From assembly GCA_010093705.1 (NCBI GenBank), contig MU006098.1:45981-109980 (forward strand): a stretch of DNA of 64,000 nucleotides. The letters are read 5' to 3'. Of the stretch, positions 47,484-59,277 are shown in pieces. Made by a program: the position numbers and the translations under genes. Source of the DNA: Patellaria atrata CBS 101060 (lineage: Eukaryota). The first letter of the stretch is position 1. Each line of letters starts with the position of its first letter. The notes under the pieces are model-generated. The model saw only the letters and a list, made by a program, of their open reading frames with translations, made no database searches and was not told the DNA's origin.

Positions 47484-50450
47484 ATGCCATCGCCGCGGCC
47501 GCCTCCGCGGTTTCTTCGCCCATCATGGACAGCATTACAGATCCGGGAATCCAGTCATCAGCAAAATCTATGCATCTTGGGTGTCCGCGAATACCACGGA
47601 GATAGTTCTCTCAACATAAGAAATGGAAACCGATATCTGGGGAATAAAAATAATAACAATTTCGGATGTATGACAATTTCGAGATACCGGGACTATACAA
47701 ATGGTCTCTCTTCTCCGCAAAGAATAGATACAATACCTAACCAAAGTACTGGTCGAGGAGATTGTAGAATTCATAACGTGAGGAAGGTTTCGAGGTGTTC
47801 CAGTACGTCCAGAACACTACATACCAAAGACAATGTACATATACTCCCTCATTTTCAACCTATTTGGTCCTCGATTGATCGCCAAGTCACTGTGAGTACT
47901 GCCAGGAGGAAGCTCCATACCCCACGTACCCAAACAAGCCATAAACATCGATTTCGCTTAGAATCATTGAGAACCCATAATATACGGTGGCAAGAGTCAT
48001 ATGGAAGCTATCATTGGATATTGAATAGCTTTTCCCAGAGACCCTATTCATCCTTTACTGGCAAGGGAGGCCTAACAATAGCTCCAGTCGACCGTCCGTC
48101 GAGAGACGCTTCATTTAGCAGAAGTCATACGGATAGTCGAGACTCTGTCAGTCAATCTATTTATTCAGACGGAACCAACTTCTCTAAAAGGAAGTTTGAC
48201 TCGCTGTTGACATTGAAGCTGTCTCGGAGTCATGGATGGAAAAAATTAAAAGTACCAGTCATAAACCTTATTCAACAAATAGCTAAACGATGGGGATTAC
48301 CTTCCTTTTCTGTGGATGAGACTAAAGGGGAATCTGAGCATGAGGGAGCCAGTCATAGGGAGGAAGCTGAGCATAAAGAGGGAACTGTGGATGAAGAGAG
48401 AATGGAGCATAAAAAGGAAACATCATTGAAAGAATCTTGGGACCCACTAGGTCCACAACATGGCGCATCTCTAAGGCCTCATTATGTTGAGTTTATCCAA
48501 GGATCATATGGTCAACTTCTTCCAGAGAATATAATCTACGAATATTATATCCCTAATGATTCTCACGAGCCAATCAACGAATTATATAAAGCAAAACCAT
48601 TAATCAAATGGACTATGAGTGGATTTGAGAAACGAAAAAGTCTACCTCTCACGATACGAGACCTTTTAGAGAAGAAGCATGAATCCGATGCTTCCATTCC
48701 TCCTCGAAACGAGCAACATCCTCACGTAAACCCAAGCGGCAATGCCTCAAAACAAATAAGCTTCCGTTTAGAACAAGAAGCTTATGAAGCATTTCTTAAG
48801 GAACGTAATATTCCTTCTTTTGAGGACTTCTTGAAAATGCAACAAGCTCAATCTTCCCAACAGGACAGCACAACTCCCTCAGCCCCTGATTTAAGTAACA
48901 GTCACCCAAGTCCACAACGAGAGCTACCTAAAGAGAAATTCCCATTTATATCAAGCAAGGAGAAGTCAGCACCAGTTATTGATGCTTCAACGGGATCCAA
49001 AGCTGGCCCTGTCCCTCCATCCACGCCTTCAGCCGCTAACGAGAGACTCGCTGGATCTTGGACGTCTGGGAAGGACATTCAGCCTCAGGAAAGAAGTAAG
49101 GATGAGAAATACCCATTCTCAAGTGCAAACCGGTCTTGGAATATGAAAGAAACTCGAAAGCATCCACTTCAATCTGCCAGTTCAGCAACTCCAGCCCAAC
49201 CCTCAAAAAATAGGGAAGCGCCATCCGCTCCAATCGCAACAAAGTCTCAGGACGCAAAACCTCAAGATAGACCCTCCCCCAACCCTATCCCTCCACCCCC
49301 CCTTACCCTAATGGAAGAGCTCTTCCCCGAAGACGCCCAAAAAATCTCCCCCACCCGCACCTCCCCCCTCATCCCCGTCTTCCCCCTCCCCTCCTTCCCT
49401 CCCCCCCTCAAAATCCGTCACATCCCAACCCATCACACCCAACCCCTCAATAAATCCCAAACCCTCATAACCCTCAAAAACGCCTCCAAACACCTCACCG
49501 ACGCCGACTTCCGCCGCCTTATCCCAGGCGGGACCCACATCCCTTCCTGGACCGCCCCCGCCGGCGGCGCCTACACCTCCGTCATCCCCGCCCGGGATCC
49601 CCACACCCTCGAGCGCACGGGGGATTATTATATCCTGTTCCCCACGTGGAGCGCGGCGAAAGTGTATCAAGACCACGTCCGCGCGTTGTATCACGCTTAT
49701 AGGGCAAATTATTCGCGGCGCGCGCGGTTAGGGTTCGAGCTCGATTCTACCGCGGAGGAGAAGGAGGGAGGGCATAGTCAGGCCGTGAATGCGTTCTCCC
49801 TCTGTCCCCCCGACGCCAGACTGAGGATCGAGCTGAGAGAGGGCTGGACGGCACCGCGCGCGCTGTGGGAGGTTTTTGAGCGGGGGGGTTATGTGGGGGC
49901 TGTGGGGGCCCCTTTCCTTAGGACCTCCACCTCTACTTCGTCGACTGAGCCAGACGCGCATTTGAAAAATGGAAGGGGGATGGAGAGGGAGCGTAGAGTT
50001 TTAGTGACGGTCGAGACTCCGAACTTACCCACCCACATCCTCGTTCGCGCCATCGCCCTCGATGGAACCGCGAGGGGGCTGCGCTGGGGGATTCGTCAGC
50101 CGGTTGAGAGGGGGATTATGTGTTTTAGACCGTCGGCGGAGGAGGGGGGTGTGGATGGTGGCCATGGCAGTGGACACAGTGGACACAACGGGAGCAGTGG
50201 ATATGGGAATGGCAGGAATGGCGGGTACACAGCCATCAGCCCACGCAAACAGAAATGGCGGGATCCGGGCGCTTGGAAGGAGATGCGCGGACGGAGGTGG
50301 GTGATTTGTTTTGAGAGTGAAAGGGAGGCGGGCAGGTTTGTGAGACGCTGGCATGGGGGTGTTTTGCCGTTTTGGGGGAAGCTTGGGGAGGAGGGGGAGG
50401 AAGGGGGGGAGGGGAAGGGACCGGTTGTTAGAGCTGAGGTGTTGTGGTAG
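47484..50450 (+). CDS. Long hypothetical protein with a conserved-looking C-terminal domain; possibly mitochondrial
   Basis: ~990-codon intact ORF. Arg/Ser-rich N-terminus, low-complexity middle, then LMEELFPE, LKNASKHLTDADFRRLIP...RDPHTLERTGDYYILF and RWVICFESEREAGRFVRRWH. Confidence 0.7.
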   Translation: MPSPRPPPRFLRPSWTALQIRESSHQQNLCILGVREYHGDSSLNIRNGNRYLGNKNNNNFGCMTISRYRDYTNGLSSPQRIDTIPNQSTGRGDCRIHNVRKVSRCSSTSRTLHTKDNVHILPHFQPIWSSIDRQVTVSTARRKLHTPRTQTSHKHRFRLESLRTHNIRWQESYGSYHWILNSFSQRPYSSFTGKGGLTIAPVDRPSRDASFSRSHTDSRDSVSQSIYSDGTNFSKRKFDSLLTLKLSRSHGWKKLKVPVINLIQQIAKRWGLPSFSVDETKGESEHEGASHREEAEHKEGTVDEERMEHKKETSLKESWDPLGPQHGASLRPHYVEFIQGSYGQLLPENIIYEYYIPNDSHEPINELYKAKPLIKWTMSGFEKRKSLPLTIRDLLEKKHESDASIPPRNEQHPHVNPSGNASKQISFRLEQEAYEAFLKERNIPSFEDFLKMQQAQSSQQDSTTPSAPDLSNSHPSPQRELPKEKFPFISSKEKSAPVIDASTGSKAGPVPPSTPSAANERLAGSWTSGKDIQPQERSKDEKYPFSSANRSWNMKETRKHPLQSASSATPAQPSKNREAPSAPIATKSQDAKPQDRPSPNPIPPPPLTLMEELFPEDAQKISPTRTSPLIPVFPLPSFPPPLKIRHIPTHHTQPLNKSQTLITLKNASKHLTDADFRRLIPGGTHIPSWTAPAGGAYTSVIPARDPHTLERTGDYYILFPTWSAAKVYQDHVRALYHAYRANYSRRARLGFELDSTAEEKEGGHSQAVNAFSLCPPDARLRIELREGWTAPRALWEVFERGGYVGAVGAPFLRTSTSTSSTEPDAHLKNGRGMERERRVLVTVETPNLPTHILVRAIALDGTARGLRWGIRQPVERGIMCFRPSAEEGGVDGGHGSGHSGHNGSSGYGNGRNGGYTAISPRKQKWRDPGAWKEMRGRRWVICFESEREAGRFVRRWHGGVLPFWGKLGEEGEEGGEGKGPVVRAEVLW

Positions 50451-50735
50451 TGGATGGGGGAAGTTTTGTGTTGGATGGTGTATATGATACGTGGGAATCG
50501 GTGTGCGTCAGATTTGTAGATATTGCGGATATGTATATATTGTAATGATGCTGAATCGTACTGTGGGTAAATCCTGCAAATATTATCCCAAACGCCGGGC
50601 GCTATGCAACCCACATAACAACTCCAATCCATCCATCTATCCATGCATGCATACATCCACCTTTCTCAACAACCCCACAGTCTCCCAGCCGCGTGGTTTG
50701 ACGAAATGAATAAACACCCCAAGCTATTACGCAAT

Positions 50736-51713
50736 CTACTCATCCATCTGCCACATAAACTCCAACTCTTCCCTCCCCCTTCTCTGATTCCTAGCTTCAA
50801 ACCACTCTCTCTCAAACCCATTCCCTCGCTCAACCCCATCCCACTTATGCCCCGGCTTAATCCCATACCTATTCGGCGCCGCATGACCCTTATAAAGCGG
50901 TCTACCCGTCCTACTCCTCCCCTTCTTCCCCCCCTCCCCTCCAACCCCAGCCATAGGATCCCCCCACCTCTCCACCCCCCTCATCTCCTCATTCAACCCC
51001 TCATCATCCGCATACCTCGCCACCCCCATCAATTTCGCCTCCCCCAGCGCCTCTTTCCTCGCCACCGCCTCCGCGCGCTGCACCTCGCCCTGTCTGCTTT
51101 CCACATCCTCCCGGGCCTTAAGTGCGGCGGCGTCAGCGGCCTTCCGCAACTCGGCGCGCTTGAGCGCCACGTTGACGATGCGCCCCGAGGCGTCGCGGTA
51201 CACCGTCTCTTGGGAGCCAGAGGCGAGCGCGTCTTGAGCCCTCCGCCGTTCTTCTTTTTCGCGGTTTTTGACGGCCGCGGCGACGGAGGCCGCGGATTGG
51301 AGGCCCGCGGGGGCGCCGTTGTGCATTGTTTGTGTGTCGTCGGCGAGAGTTGGGGCATCGTCGGTGCTTTCGGCGGTATTTTCGGCGGCGGTAAGGGAGA
51401 TGATGGCGTCGGCTGCTGCTGTGTCGTTGTCGTCGTTTGGGTTGGGGGTTGTGGTAGAGGCAGAAGGGGCGGAAGAGCCGACGGTGATCCAATTGTCGCG
51501 TGTGGATTTGCGGAATGCCGTGGGTTTGGAGGTGAGGGTTATGGGCGCGTTGTCGTCGGAGTCGTTGGAGTTTTTGCTGGACCAGCCGGTGAGGTCTTCG
51601 GAGGAGATGGTTAGACCGGACGGTTCTACGGCTTTGCGTTTGCGCTTTTTGGACTTTTGGGGGGGTTTGGAGGCTGTGAGGTAGTTCTTTGCCAGGTAGT
51701 CTGCTAGTGACAT
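50736..51713 (-). CDS. BUD13: Pre-mRNA splicing/RES complex factor Cwc26/Bud13
   Basis: MSLADYLAKNY, ETVYRDASGR, ERWGDPM and NRYGIKPGHKWDGVERGNGFE motifs. Confidence 0.93.
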   Translation of the reverse strand: MSLADYLAKNYLTASKPPQKSKKRKRKAVEPSGLTISSEDLTGWSSKNSNDSDDNAPITLTSKPTAFRKSTRDNWITVGSSAPSASTTTPNPNDDNDTAAADAIISLTAAENTAESTDDAPTLADDTQTMHNGAPAGLQSAASVAAAVKNREKEERRRAQDALASGSQETVYRDASGRIVNVALKRAELRKAADAAALKAREDVESRQGEVQRAEAVARKEALGEAKLMGVARYADDEGLNEEMRGVERWGDPMAGVGGEGGKKGRSRTGRPLYKGHAAPNRYGIKPGHKWDGVERGNGFEREWFEARNQRRGREELEFMWQMDE

Positions 51714-51896
51714 TGTGGTGGTGTGAGGTCGGTAGTTGATGCTTTCGGGTGAACTGAATTGATGGAATGATGGATGGTTCGTCAAGATATAATATTTGCT
51801 TGAGGTGCAAACAAGACGCACGGGCCACGTGGATGATGTAGGTATCCACGTAAGTCAAACTTTTAGGGAGAGAACCTGATTAAACAGAAAAAGGTC

Positions 51897-52516
51897 ATGG
51901 CACCTCGATCAGAGGAGGCTTGGGCATTCTTCGCAGCAGTCTACCAGGCTGTGCAAGAAATACCGTCTGGAAAGGTGACCTCTTATGGACATATAGCAAG
52001 GCTTGTGGGAAGACGTAGGTTCAATTCCTTTAATTTGGTACTATAACATACCATGAGCTAACGCAGCTTTCACGATTACAGCAGAATGTCCAAGGTAAGT
52101 TATAAAACCAATTTAGTAGCAGATGAAGGTGACCTAATGCGTGCAGACAAGTGGGCGTATGTCTAAAACATCTGCCTTCAAGCAATACAACTGCGGGCAA
52201 TGACAACGACTCCAACCCCCAATGGCACGACGGAAACGTACCGTGGCAGCGCGTGATCAACTCCAAAGGCGGCATCAGTCCTAGGTAAGTTTCCAGCACA
52301 TTCCCAACGTCTCGGCGAGTCGGGGTCTACAGCAACGAGTTCATCTATTGACAAAGCATGTGCGAACAAAGAGGGCCTGGAGGAGCGGCACGGCAAGCGG
52401 CTGCTCTGCGTCGAGAAGGCGTGCACGTGGATCGAGGTGCCTTGGGAGAGTTCAGCGTCGACTTTGCGGTTTACGGATGGTTCCCTGATGAGTTGCCTAG
52501 CGAGTCGGGGAGTTGA
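51897..52516 (+). CDS. ATL1: Alkyltransferase-like protein (3 introns, including a 13-nt exon at 52082-52094)
   Basis: Spliced product: VQEIPSGKVTSYGHIARLVGRPECPRQVG...VPWQRVINSKG (Trp replaces the MGMT catalytic Cys)...QAAALRREGV...YGWFP. Absent from the ORF track. Confidence 0.88.
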
Positions 52517-53038
52517 TGTCGATGGTAGTGAGGAGAAAGACGGAGAAGAGGATGAAGGAGTGGTTGGTGCAAGTAATTAAGCTTATGATTACCTTACCAA
52601 CCGAGCTGTACTAATTACGACGGAGTGGGATTGATATCGGACCTGGTGAGAGATAGGACAGTCGGAAAGATGCGGCATTCTATTACTATACATCTACCTT
52701 AAGGTAACATGCCTCCTCTTGTTTAGGGAGAGGGTGCATAGTGTTGGGTGGAACTTAAGAAAGCCGGGAGTCCATAGGTCGCCATGTATAGTGAACGCTG
52801 TCAAAGATAAGAGTTGAATTGATTCCCAGTAAAACAAGATGTGAATGGACAAAAGACAGCGGTTAGAGAAGGCTACAGGAGTGTGATAGTTGCCGGTCTG
52901 ATAGAGGGGTTGAAGATGAAAAGGCTCCGACTTCCCAAGAGGTCAAAAGATGTTCAATCAGTTCATGCACAACACAAGCGCCATCATTGCGCCAAAGCGC
53001 CCAAAAAGCGGATTATACCGATAATGATCAACAATCGC

Positions 53039-53073
53039 GATGATGGATGATGGATGATGGATGATGGATGATG
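53039..53073 (+). repeat. (GATGATG)x5 tandem repeat
   Basis: Five exact 7-bp units. Confidence 0.9.
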
Positions 53074-54106
53074 CTATTAATGATGAGCTCAACGCTTTCA
53101 GAATTCCCGTGAACGGTCGTCAACATCTTTCCAAGGCTTCAGCTTGCTCCGAAAGCCTGGTTTTTTGTCGAGTTATCATCCAAGATATCGTCACTTCTTT
53201 TGCTTCTTCAGTAAGATTACAAGATTGCACCGCCATGCTATAAACGGCATTAACGTCACCGTGTGTACGGTATAACCAGTATCCCGAGGCTTGAACTGTA
53301 CTATACAGTACCTGACAGGTTCAAGCCGATGTTCCTGACAGGCAGTCAGCGCCAAAAGACCAATCAAACCTCAAGATAAAGACGGTGTCATCATTCTGAA
53401 GGTTGGCTGGTATCATTTCTCTAAAGTCCTAAAGGACAAGCTGGACGGTTTTAGTTGCGATTATTAGTTCGGGGGGTCTTGTGATTGCATGGCTTATCTC
53501 AGTTCGCATCTACGGCATCGAAGACAACCTGGACGAGTGCGCTCGCTCCCGAAAGCTTTCCCCCTCTTTGTCTACTTATGCCATGGAGACATAAAACAAA
53601 CAGAGATCCCCTTTGTGCAAACCAATTTCCCATAACTGACACTTCATCAATCTTTGTAACTGACCCTAACCGTGAACTTTTGTATTATTGCTCCCTATTG
53701 AGACACCTTACTTACTATATCCGGAAGAGCATAGCCTCGTGCCTGAACCCTACCTAACCCATTATCACCACCACGGTGCACTACATACCTTGTGACTCAA
53801 CCAGCTACTTCCCTTAAGTTCCCTTCGACTCATAGAAGCCGCTTTCCCCGAGTGATAAAGCTTTCCGCTTCCTTCTATTCTTCCCTATTTATTACCTTAT
53901 CCTCCAAACCTCAACCTATCCTTCTTTCATACCAAACCTTGAATCCAAAAACCTACCGATACGCCACCTACCTCTTCTCTAAACGCCATTCCCACGCCTT
54001 TATACAACTCGATCCTTGCAATCCACCTTGACCACACAAAGCCGTACCTTTATCCAATATACACGTCCACGTAATCCAGACCTCAAACACCACAAACAAT
54101 AGTGTC

Positions 54107-54715
54107 ATGGCTTCTACCTCTACCAACGATCTTCGTTCCGGATCCGTCGACCACCGACGCTTCAACGAACATAAGAAGAAGTGGGCACATGGAGCTTCTT
54201 TCGGGCCAGGACGACGAGTTGGGGATGGCCATGCCAGGCCTGCACGTTTGTTACGGTAAGTCGAACTCCGGTGTAAGACGGTTCTTAGTCGTTCAATACC
54301 ATACAATCCCCATACAAAGAGTATCCCACTGACATGACTTGATAGAACCGGACCTAACAAGAATATTCCACGGGAACTCCATCTCAACAAAGTAGTCCAA
54401 CGTCGTGAGATGGGTGAAGTCAGCGACTCCTCCGCAGATGAGGAGATAGATGAAGCCTCGGCTGCTCCGGCTCCCGATGCTGATATCACATATTCTTACG
54501 ATGCTCTTCGTGGTGCTGGACACGGTAGTCAGATCTTGAGCATCGCACTTGCCCAAGCAGTCGAACGTTTCGAGAGTCGAGAGACCGATAAGCTCGTCAA
54601 GGAGGAGTATGAGGTTTTGGATGAGGATGGAGAACCTGTCGTTACCAAGAAGAAGGGAAAGAACCACGCTGATACTGCGACTGTCGCCGAAGAGGAAGAC
54701 TATGAGTTCGTCTAA
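54107..54715 (+). CDS. Small acidic conserved hypothetical protein (1 intron, ~54256-54344)
   Basis: GTAAGT...TAG intron joins in frame to DITYSYDA...GSQILSIALAQAVERFESRETDKLVKEEYEVL...EDYEFV. Confidence 0.7.
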
Positions 54716-55619
54716 TGGTTAATATTCTCTAACGACTCGACATTCTTTCCTTTAACGGATTCTGGACTTTTCTTGCAGTTACGGACTAATCGGACATGGC
54801 GTTTACAGACAACTTCTTTCATCTGGGAGGTTAGTCTTCCTTTCTTCTTTCGACAACTGGCATAGCATGGGACAAGAGGGAATCAATAGAGGAGCAATCC
54901 AGGCGCTTCTTGAGGACTTGAGCAACCTCGTTTGCTAGGGATATACCCTGTGTGGGATTTGGATGATTTGGGAGGCCGAGGGTTTATCCTCAGACTTTTG
55001 TATTATCATTCTGAGTTCTATTGCGCTTATCGACGGTGAATGATATAACCATAATCATGGCGTAGCGAAACAACAACAGTATTTTGTAATATGTGGTGAA
55101 AATTTTGATAGTGAAGCAAGGTGATGATTTGAAATGGTTCCAAGGTGTGTGGGATTTGTGTCATGAGCGCATTTGGAATGTTTGCACACCCAAGAAAAGT
55201 TCAAGGTCGCATCGATACCCATATTGGTCTAGTAGCCCTCGCTTGGGTCACTATGACCAATATCGGTAAGGCCAACCGTTCCCCTTAGGGTTAAACTGAC
55301 CGCTATCGTACGTCATCCGTAAATAGCGCGGCTGGAGGATAAATGTAAAGATGTAAAGGGATGAAGTTATCTATTAATCTATTGTCACCTTTTGAATACA
55401 ACACCTTTACACTCCTCTTCAACAACAATTTGCCTCCTTCCTAATCACCCTTTGAAGTAATCTATACCCCTCGCCACTTGAAAACATCATTTGTTTCAGC
55501 TCTGATGGTGGCAGTGTTACGAACAATTCCCTAGATAACAATCAGCTCTCCCAGCTTGTCATAAACGTCAACAACTCTTTTCGTCCACCTTACACTATTA
55601 GAACAATTCTTTCGCAGTC

Positions 55620-56795
55620 ATGGCGCGAGTAAAGAAAGCTCCCAGACCACGATGGGTTCTATCTCTTCAGGCCAACTTCTGGCGCTCGCTCATGGAGATC
55701 GGCATGTTCCTTCACCGCATTGCTCCCCCTCGACCTCCTCCACCCAACTTTAAACGTACGATAAAAGCAAAAGTCTCCCCTAACCCAGGTCCTATCGTCT
55801 TAAACTTTTACGTTCCTTCCGACTATGAAGCACAGAGAAGGTTAAAGGGCAAGAAGTATCCGGTCGTCGTCAACTTCCACGGTGGAGGGTACACTTTAGG
55901 TAGTGCATCTGACGATGCAAGATGGGCACACACCGTCGTTGACGAAGTTGGTGCTGTTGTCGTGAGCGTGGACTACCGACGTGCACCAGAACATCCATTC
56001 CCTACTGCAGTCGAGGATGGTAGTGATGCCGTACTATGGCTTGCAGAACATCACAGAGAATTATCCATCGACCCAGAACGTATCGCCGTCTCCGGCTTCT
56101 CTTGTGGTGGAAACATGGCATTCACCGTCCCCCTCCGTCTACAAGGTGAACTCCTCTCCGAATCCTACCAGGAAGAAGTAGGCCTCGCAGAAAGCAACCC
56201 CATCGTCACGACTGGCAGTTCCTCAATGGCTCCTTCTAAAGAGTCTTTTGTCACAAAGTCCTTGCCAGGTCCCGACGGTAAAACCATCATCCACGTTCGT
56301 AAAGAAGTCAACATCAAGGCAATCGTCGCCTTCTATCCTCCAACCGACTACACCCAAACCCGCGAGCAGCGCCGCACAACCTGCATCCGCGCCGACCAGG
56401 AACTCTCAGCCGTCTTCACAGACCTCTTCGACGAGTCCTACCTCTATCCCGTCACCATGGATCTTACCAACCCCTTCTTGTCGCCTGGTGTCGCGCCCGA
56501 CGATATGCTTGTCCTCTTGCCAGAGGACATCGTCCTCTTCTGCTGCGAGTGGGACATGTTACTCCACGAGGGTGAGCAGTTCAGGGATCGTCTCAACGGC
56601 CTTGGGAAGAAGGTCAAGTATACAATGGTGCCCGGTGTTCCGCACGGGTGGGATAAGGCGCCCAATCCGCTCAGACCGACACCCGGTGTGCTGCAGCATT
56701 ATCTCAGCGCCTGTGCGGAGTTGAGGAGGGTATTTGGCACCGAGGGGGAGGCGGCATTGAAGAGGAGACGTAGGAGGAGTAGTTTCGTGGCGTAG
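55620..56795 (+). CDS. Alpha/beta hydrolase fold-3 (HSL-family lipase/esterase)
   Basis: NFHGGG, VDYRRAPEHPFP, GFSCGG nucleophile elbow, EWDML and PHGWD motifs. Confidence 0.9.
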   Translation: MARVKKAPRPRWVLSLQANFWRSLMEIGMFLHRIAPPRPPPPNFKRTIKAKVSPNPGPIVLNFYVPSDYEAQRRLKGKKYPVVVNFHGGGYTLGSASDDARWAHTVVDEVGAVVVSVDYRRAPEHPFPTAVEDGSDAVLWLAEHHRELSIDPERIAVSGFSCGGNMAFTVPLRLQGELLSESYQEEVGLAESNPIVTTGSSSMAPSKESFVTKSLPGPDGKTIIHVRKEVNIKAIVAFYPPTDYTQTREQRRTTCIRADQELSAVFTDLFDESYLYPVTMDLTNPFLSPGVAPDDMLVLLPEDIVLFCCEWDMLLHEGEQFRDRLNGLGKKVKYTMVPGVPHGWDKAPNPLRPTPGVLQHYLSACAELRRVFGTEGEAALKRRRRRSSFVA

Positions 56796-57639
56796 ATTTG
56801 AGGGTTAAGGATGACCAGTGTGATGTGTGGCAAGTATGGGAGGGATAGCGCATATAACTGCGTTTTATCGGATCTTGGCCTCTAGCTATATCTTAGCAGC
56901 AGAGGATCAGCGGCATGGACCGCGGGCATATCTTGTTCCTTAGCGAGGCGTTTTCGGAATTTACAAAGTGGCGAATGGGCTCTTTTCGCTGGGTAATGGG
57001 TAGTTTACAGTTTGCAGTTTGCAATTCGTGTGGTGTGTTACAATATTATCATGTTCCTTGTTGACTGTGAATTTGAATCGCTTTCCCTCGTCTTAATGGA
57101 TGTTTGCTATCCCCGTCCGCCTTCCCTACCATTTCATCGATCGTTGGACTCGTACCTACTTTATCTGATAGGATGGGTCGGATGATTCATGTTTGTGTAG
57201 GGAGAAGGGGGAGTAAGGAGTGGAAAACTCTATCGACTAGACGTTGCCTAGATATATACGTAGTTGTAGTGTAGAGTCACTCCTTCTAAAACAGTATACA
57301 TGGGAACCAAAGCTTGATCTTAGTGCTCTGAGAAAAAGGAGTCTCGATCCTTAGATAAAGAGAAGTAGTTATGCTCGTGACTATATTTAGTAGTTTGTAT
57401 ACATTTTCATCTTATCTGATTATCTGGTCCACCGCTTCAATGCTAGAATAGCATATATCATACTGTATAAGGTACTCCTGCACACTGTGAAAATAACCGG
57501 TTTCGCCCGAAGCCGTGATAACATCGCAATATACGCCCCCATATCCAACCCATCTAACACCCAAATATCAAGAGCAACAATAGAAGATACGACAGACACA
57601 TACCCAACTCCCCCGCATCAAATCCCACAAATCCCACCC

Positions 57640-59277
57640 CTACTTCTCTGCCCCATAACACCCCACCCTAACCCCCCCCCAGCACGCCACACTAAGCGTC
57701 AACCACTCCACCCACTCCCCCGCGCCCCTGGCCTCCACCCTCTCCACCTCTTGCGCTAACCTCGCAACCACATACCCCGCCTCGGTGAGCGCATACTGCT
57801 GGCCCAAACAGATCCGCGGCCCCCCGTTGAAGGGCAGGTACTCCCAGCCCGGGCGCAGGGCTTCCCACCGCGCGGGCCTGAACACGAGCGCATCGGGCCC
57901 GTAGAAGTCCGCACGCCGGTGCATGCTGTAGGGCGAGTAGACGACCAGGGTGCCCGCCGGGACGAAGAGGGGGGAGCGCCCGTGGGGACCCCCGCCGAGG
58001 GGGAGGATTGTGTCGGACGTAGCGAGGCGGGAGTTCCCGGGGACGACGGGGTGGAGGCGGAGAGCTTTAGGGGGGGGGGGGAGGGGGTTAGTTGGTGATG
58101 TTTGGTATGGTCTTGGGTGATTTGATTTTGTGGGGTGAGGTGGGGTAAGGGGGATATGGGAAGAGGGGGAAGACTTACATTCATTAATACAGTACTTAAT
58201 AAACTTGAAATTCCTCAACTGCTCATACGTCGGCAGCTGACCGTTCAGCGGCGCGACCTCCTCGCGGATCTTCTGCCATATCGCCGGTTGTTTCGAGATC
58301 TCGAACATCATGTTGCTGAGCAGGGAGGCGGTGGTGTCGCGGCCGGCGAGAAGGACGTTGAGGAGTTCGGAGCGCAGACGCAACTTGTCGGTTGTGTGCT
58401 TGGCGAGCTCGTACAGGAAGACGTACTTGTCTTCTTCAGGGTTCTTCTCGATGTCGACGCGCTTGCGGTATTCGAGCGCTTTCTCGACGTACATGTCGAC
58501 GAAGGCGTGGCAGATTTTGGTGGCTTCTTTGACTTTTTCGCCCTCGGGGAAGAGCCAGACTAGTTCGCCGAAGCGGGCGCGTTTGGCGAGGGATTCCTGG
58601 ACGAGGCAGAAGGAACGGGCGAATTGGGATTCGAGGGTCGTCTCGTCCTCGTTGCCGCTCAGGGAGTTGGTCGAGGTGCCGAAGAGGAATTCGGTTGCGG
58701 AGTCGAGGGTGAATTTGAAGAAGAGGTCCTGGAGATCGAAGGTTGAGCCATCGCGAGGTATCTGGTTGAATAGCAACTTGAGATGTTTCTCGAAAGAGGG
58801 GAGATCGGCCACTTGTTCACGAACAAAGTTGGGCCTGATCATAGCGCGAGAATGAGCCCAGCGATCGCCATCGGTGGTGAAGATGCCTTCGCCGAGGAGA
58901 GGTCCCATCAGGGGAAGTCTAAACTTGCCTAGGCAATAGTCCTTGAAGTTGATAGACAGTATGGTCTTGACATTTTCAGGTTCCCTTGTTACGATCAGTT
59001 TCCTCCAGAACATCTTTGAACGATAGGTGTTTCCGAGACGCTGGAACCGAAGGTAGGATTCATGACAGAACCTCCTCTCCTTCATGAATTTGACATTCTC
59101 ACGTAGGATGTCGATACCGAGAAAAGGATCCTTGAGAGGGAACCAAACCGCAGGCTGACACCCATTGTCCTTGATGATCTTTTGACGAGCGCGATATAGT
59201 TGGATGCTTGTGGTGATATAGTATAAGGCATAGCATGCCGCTGCGGCGATAACAAGCTGGATGGTATGGCTAACCAT
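57640..59277 (-). CDS. Cytochrome P450, CYP52 clan (alkane/fatty-acid hydroxylase-like); intron 58065-58178
   Basis: LLGEGIFTTDG, AGRDTTA (I helix), E-S-L-R (ExxR restored by splicing a 114-nt in-frame intron) and FNGGPRICLGQ (heme Cys). Confidence 0.93.
   Translation of the reverse strand: MVSHTIQLVIAAAACYALYYITTSIQLYRARQKIIKDNGCQPAVWFPLKDPFLGIDILRENVKFMKERRFCHESYLRFQRLGNTYRSKMFWRKLIVTREPENVKTILSINFKDYCLGKFRLPLMGPLLGEGIFTTDGDRWAHSRAMIRPNFVREQVADLPSFEKHLKLLFNQIPRDGSTFDLQDLFFKFTLDSATEFLFGTSTNSLSGNEDETTLESQFARSFCLVQESLAKRARFGELVWLFPEGEKVKEATKICHAFVDMYVEKALEYRKRVDIEKNPEEDKYVFLYELAKHTTDKLRLRSELLNVLLAGRDTTASLLSNMMFEISKQPAIWQKIREEVAPLNGQLPTYEQLRNFKFIKYCINECKSSPSSHIPLTPPHPTKSNHPRPYQTSPTNPLPPPPKALRLHPVVPGNSRLATSDTILPLGGGPHGRSPLFVPAGTLVVYSPYSMHRRADFYGPDALVFRPARWEALRPGWEYLPFNGGPRICLGQQYALTEAGYVVARLAQEVERVEARGAGEWVEWLTLSVACWGGVRVGCYGAEK

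Noticed and set aside
50643..51858. Long overlapping alternative-frame ORFs over BUD13 (and similar ones over ARG4, FBA1 and the P450)
   Set aside because: Shadow ORFs caused by high GC3 and few stop codons.
55285..55293. TTAGGGTTA as telomerase RNA template or telomere relic
   Set aside because: Only 1.5 repeats and no supporting structure recognised; compatible with chance or a protein-binding site.
58065..58178. Pro-rich insertion in the P450
   Set aside because: A 114-nt GT-AG intron that happens to be in frame and stop-free; splicing restores ExxR.
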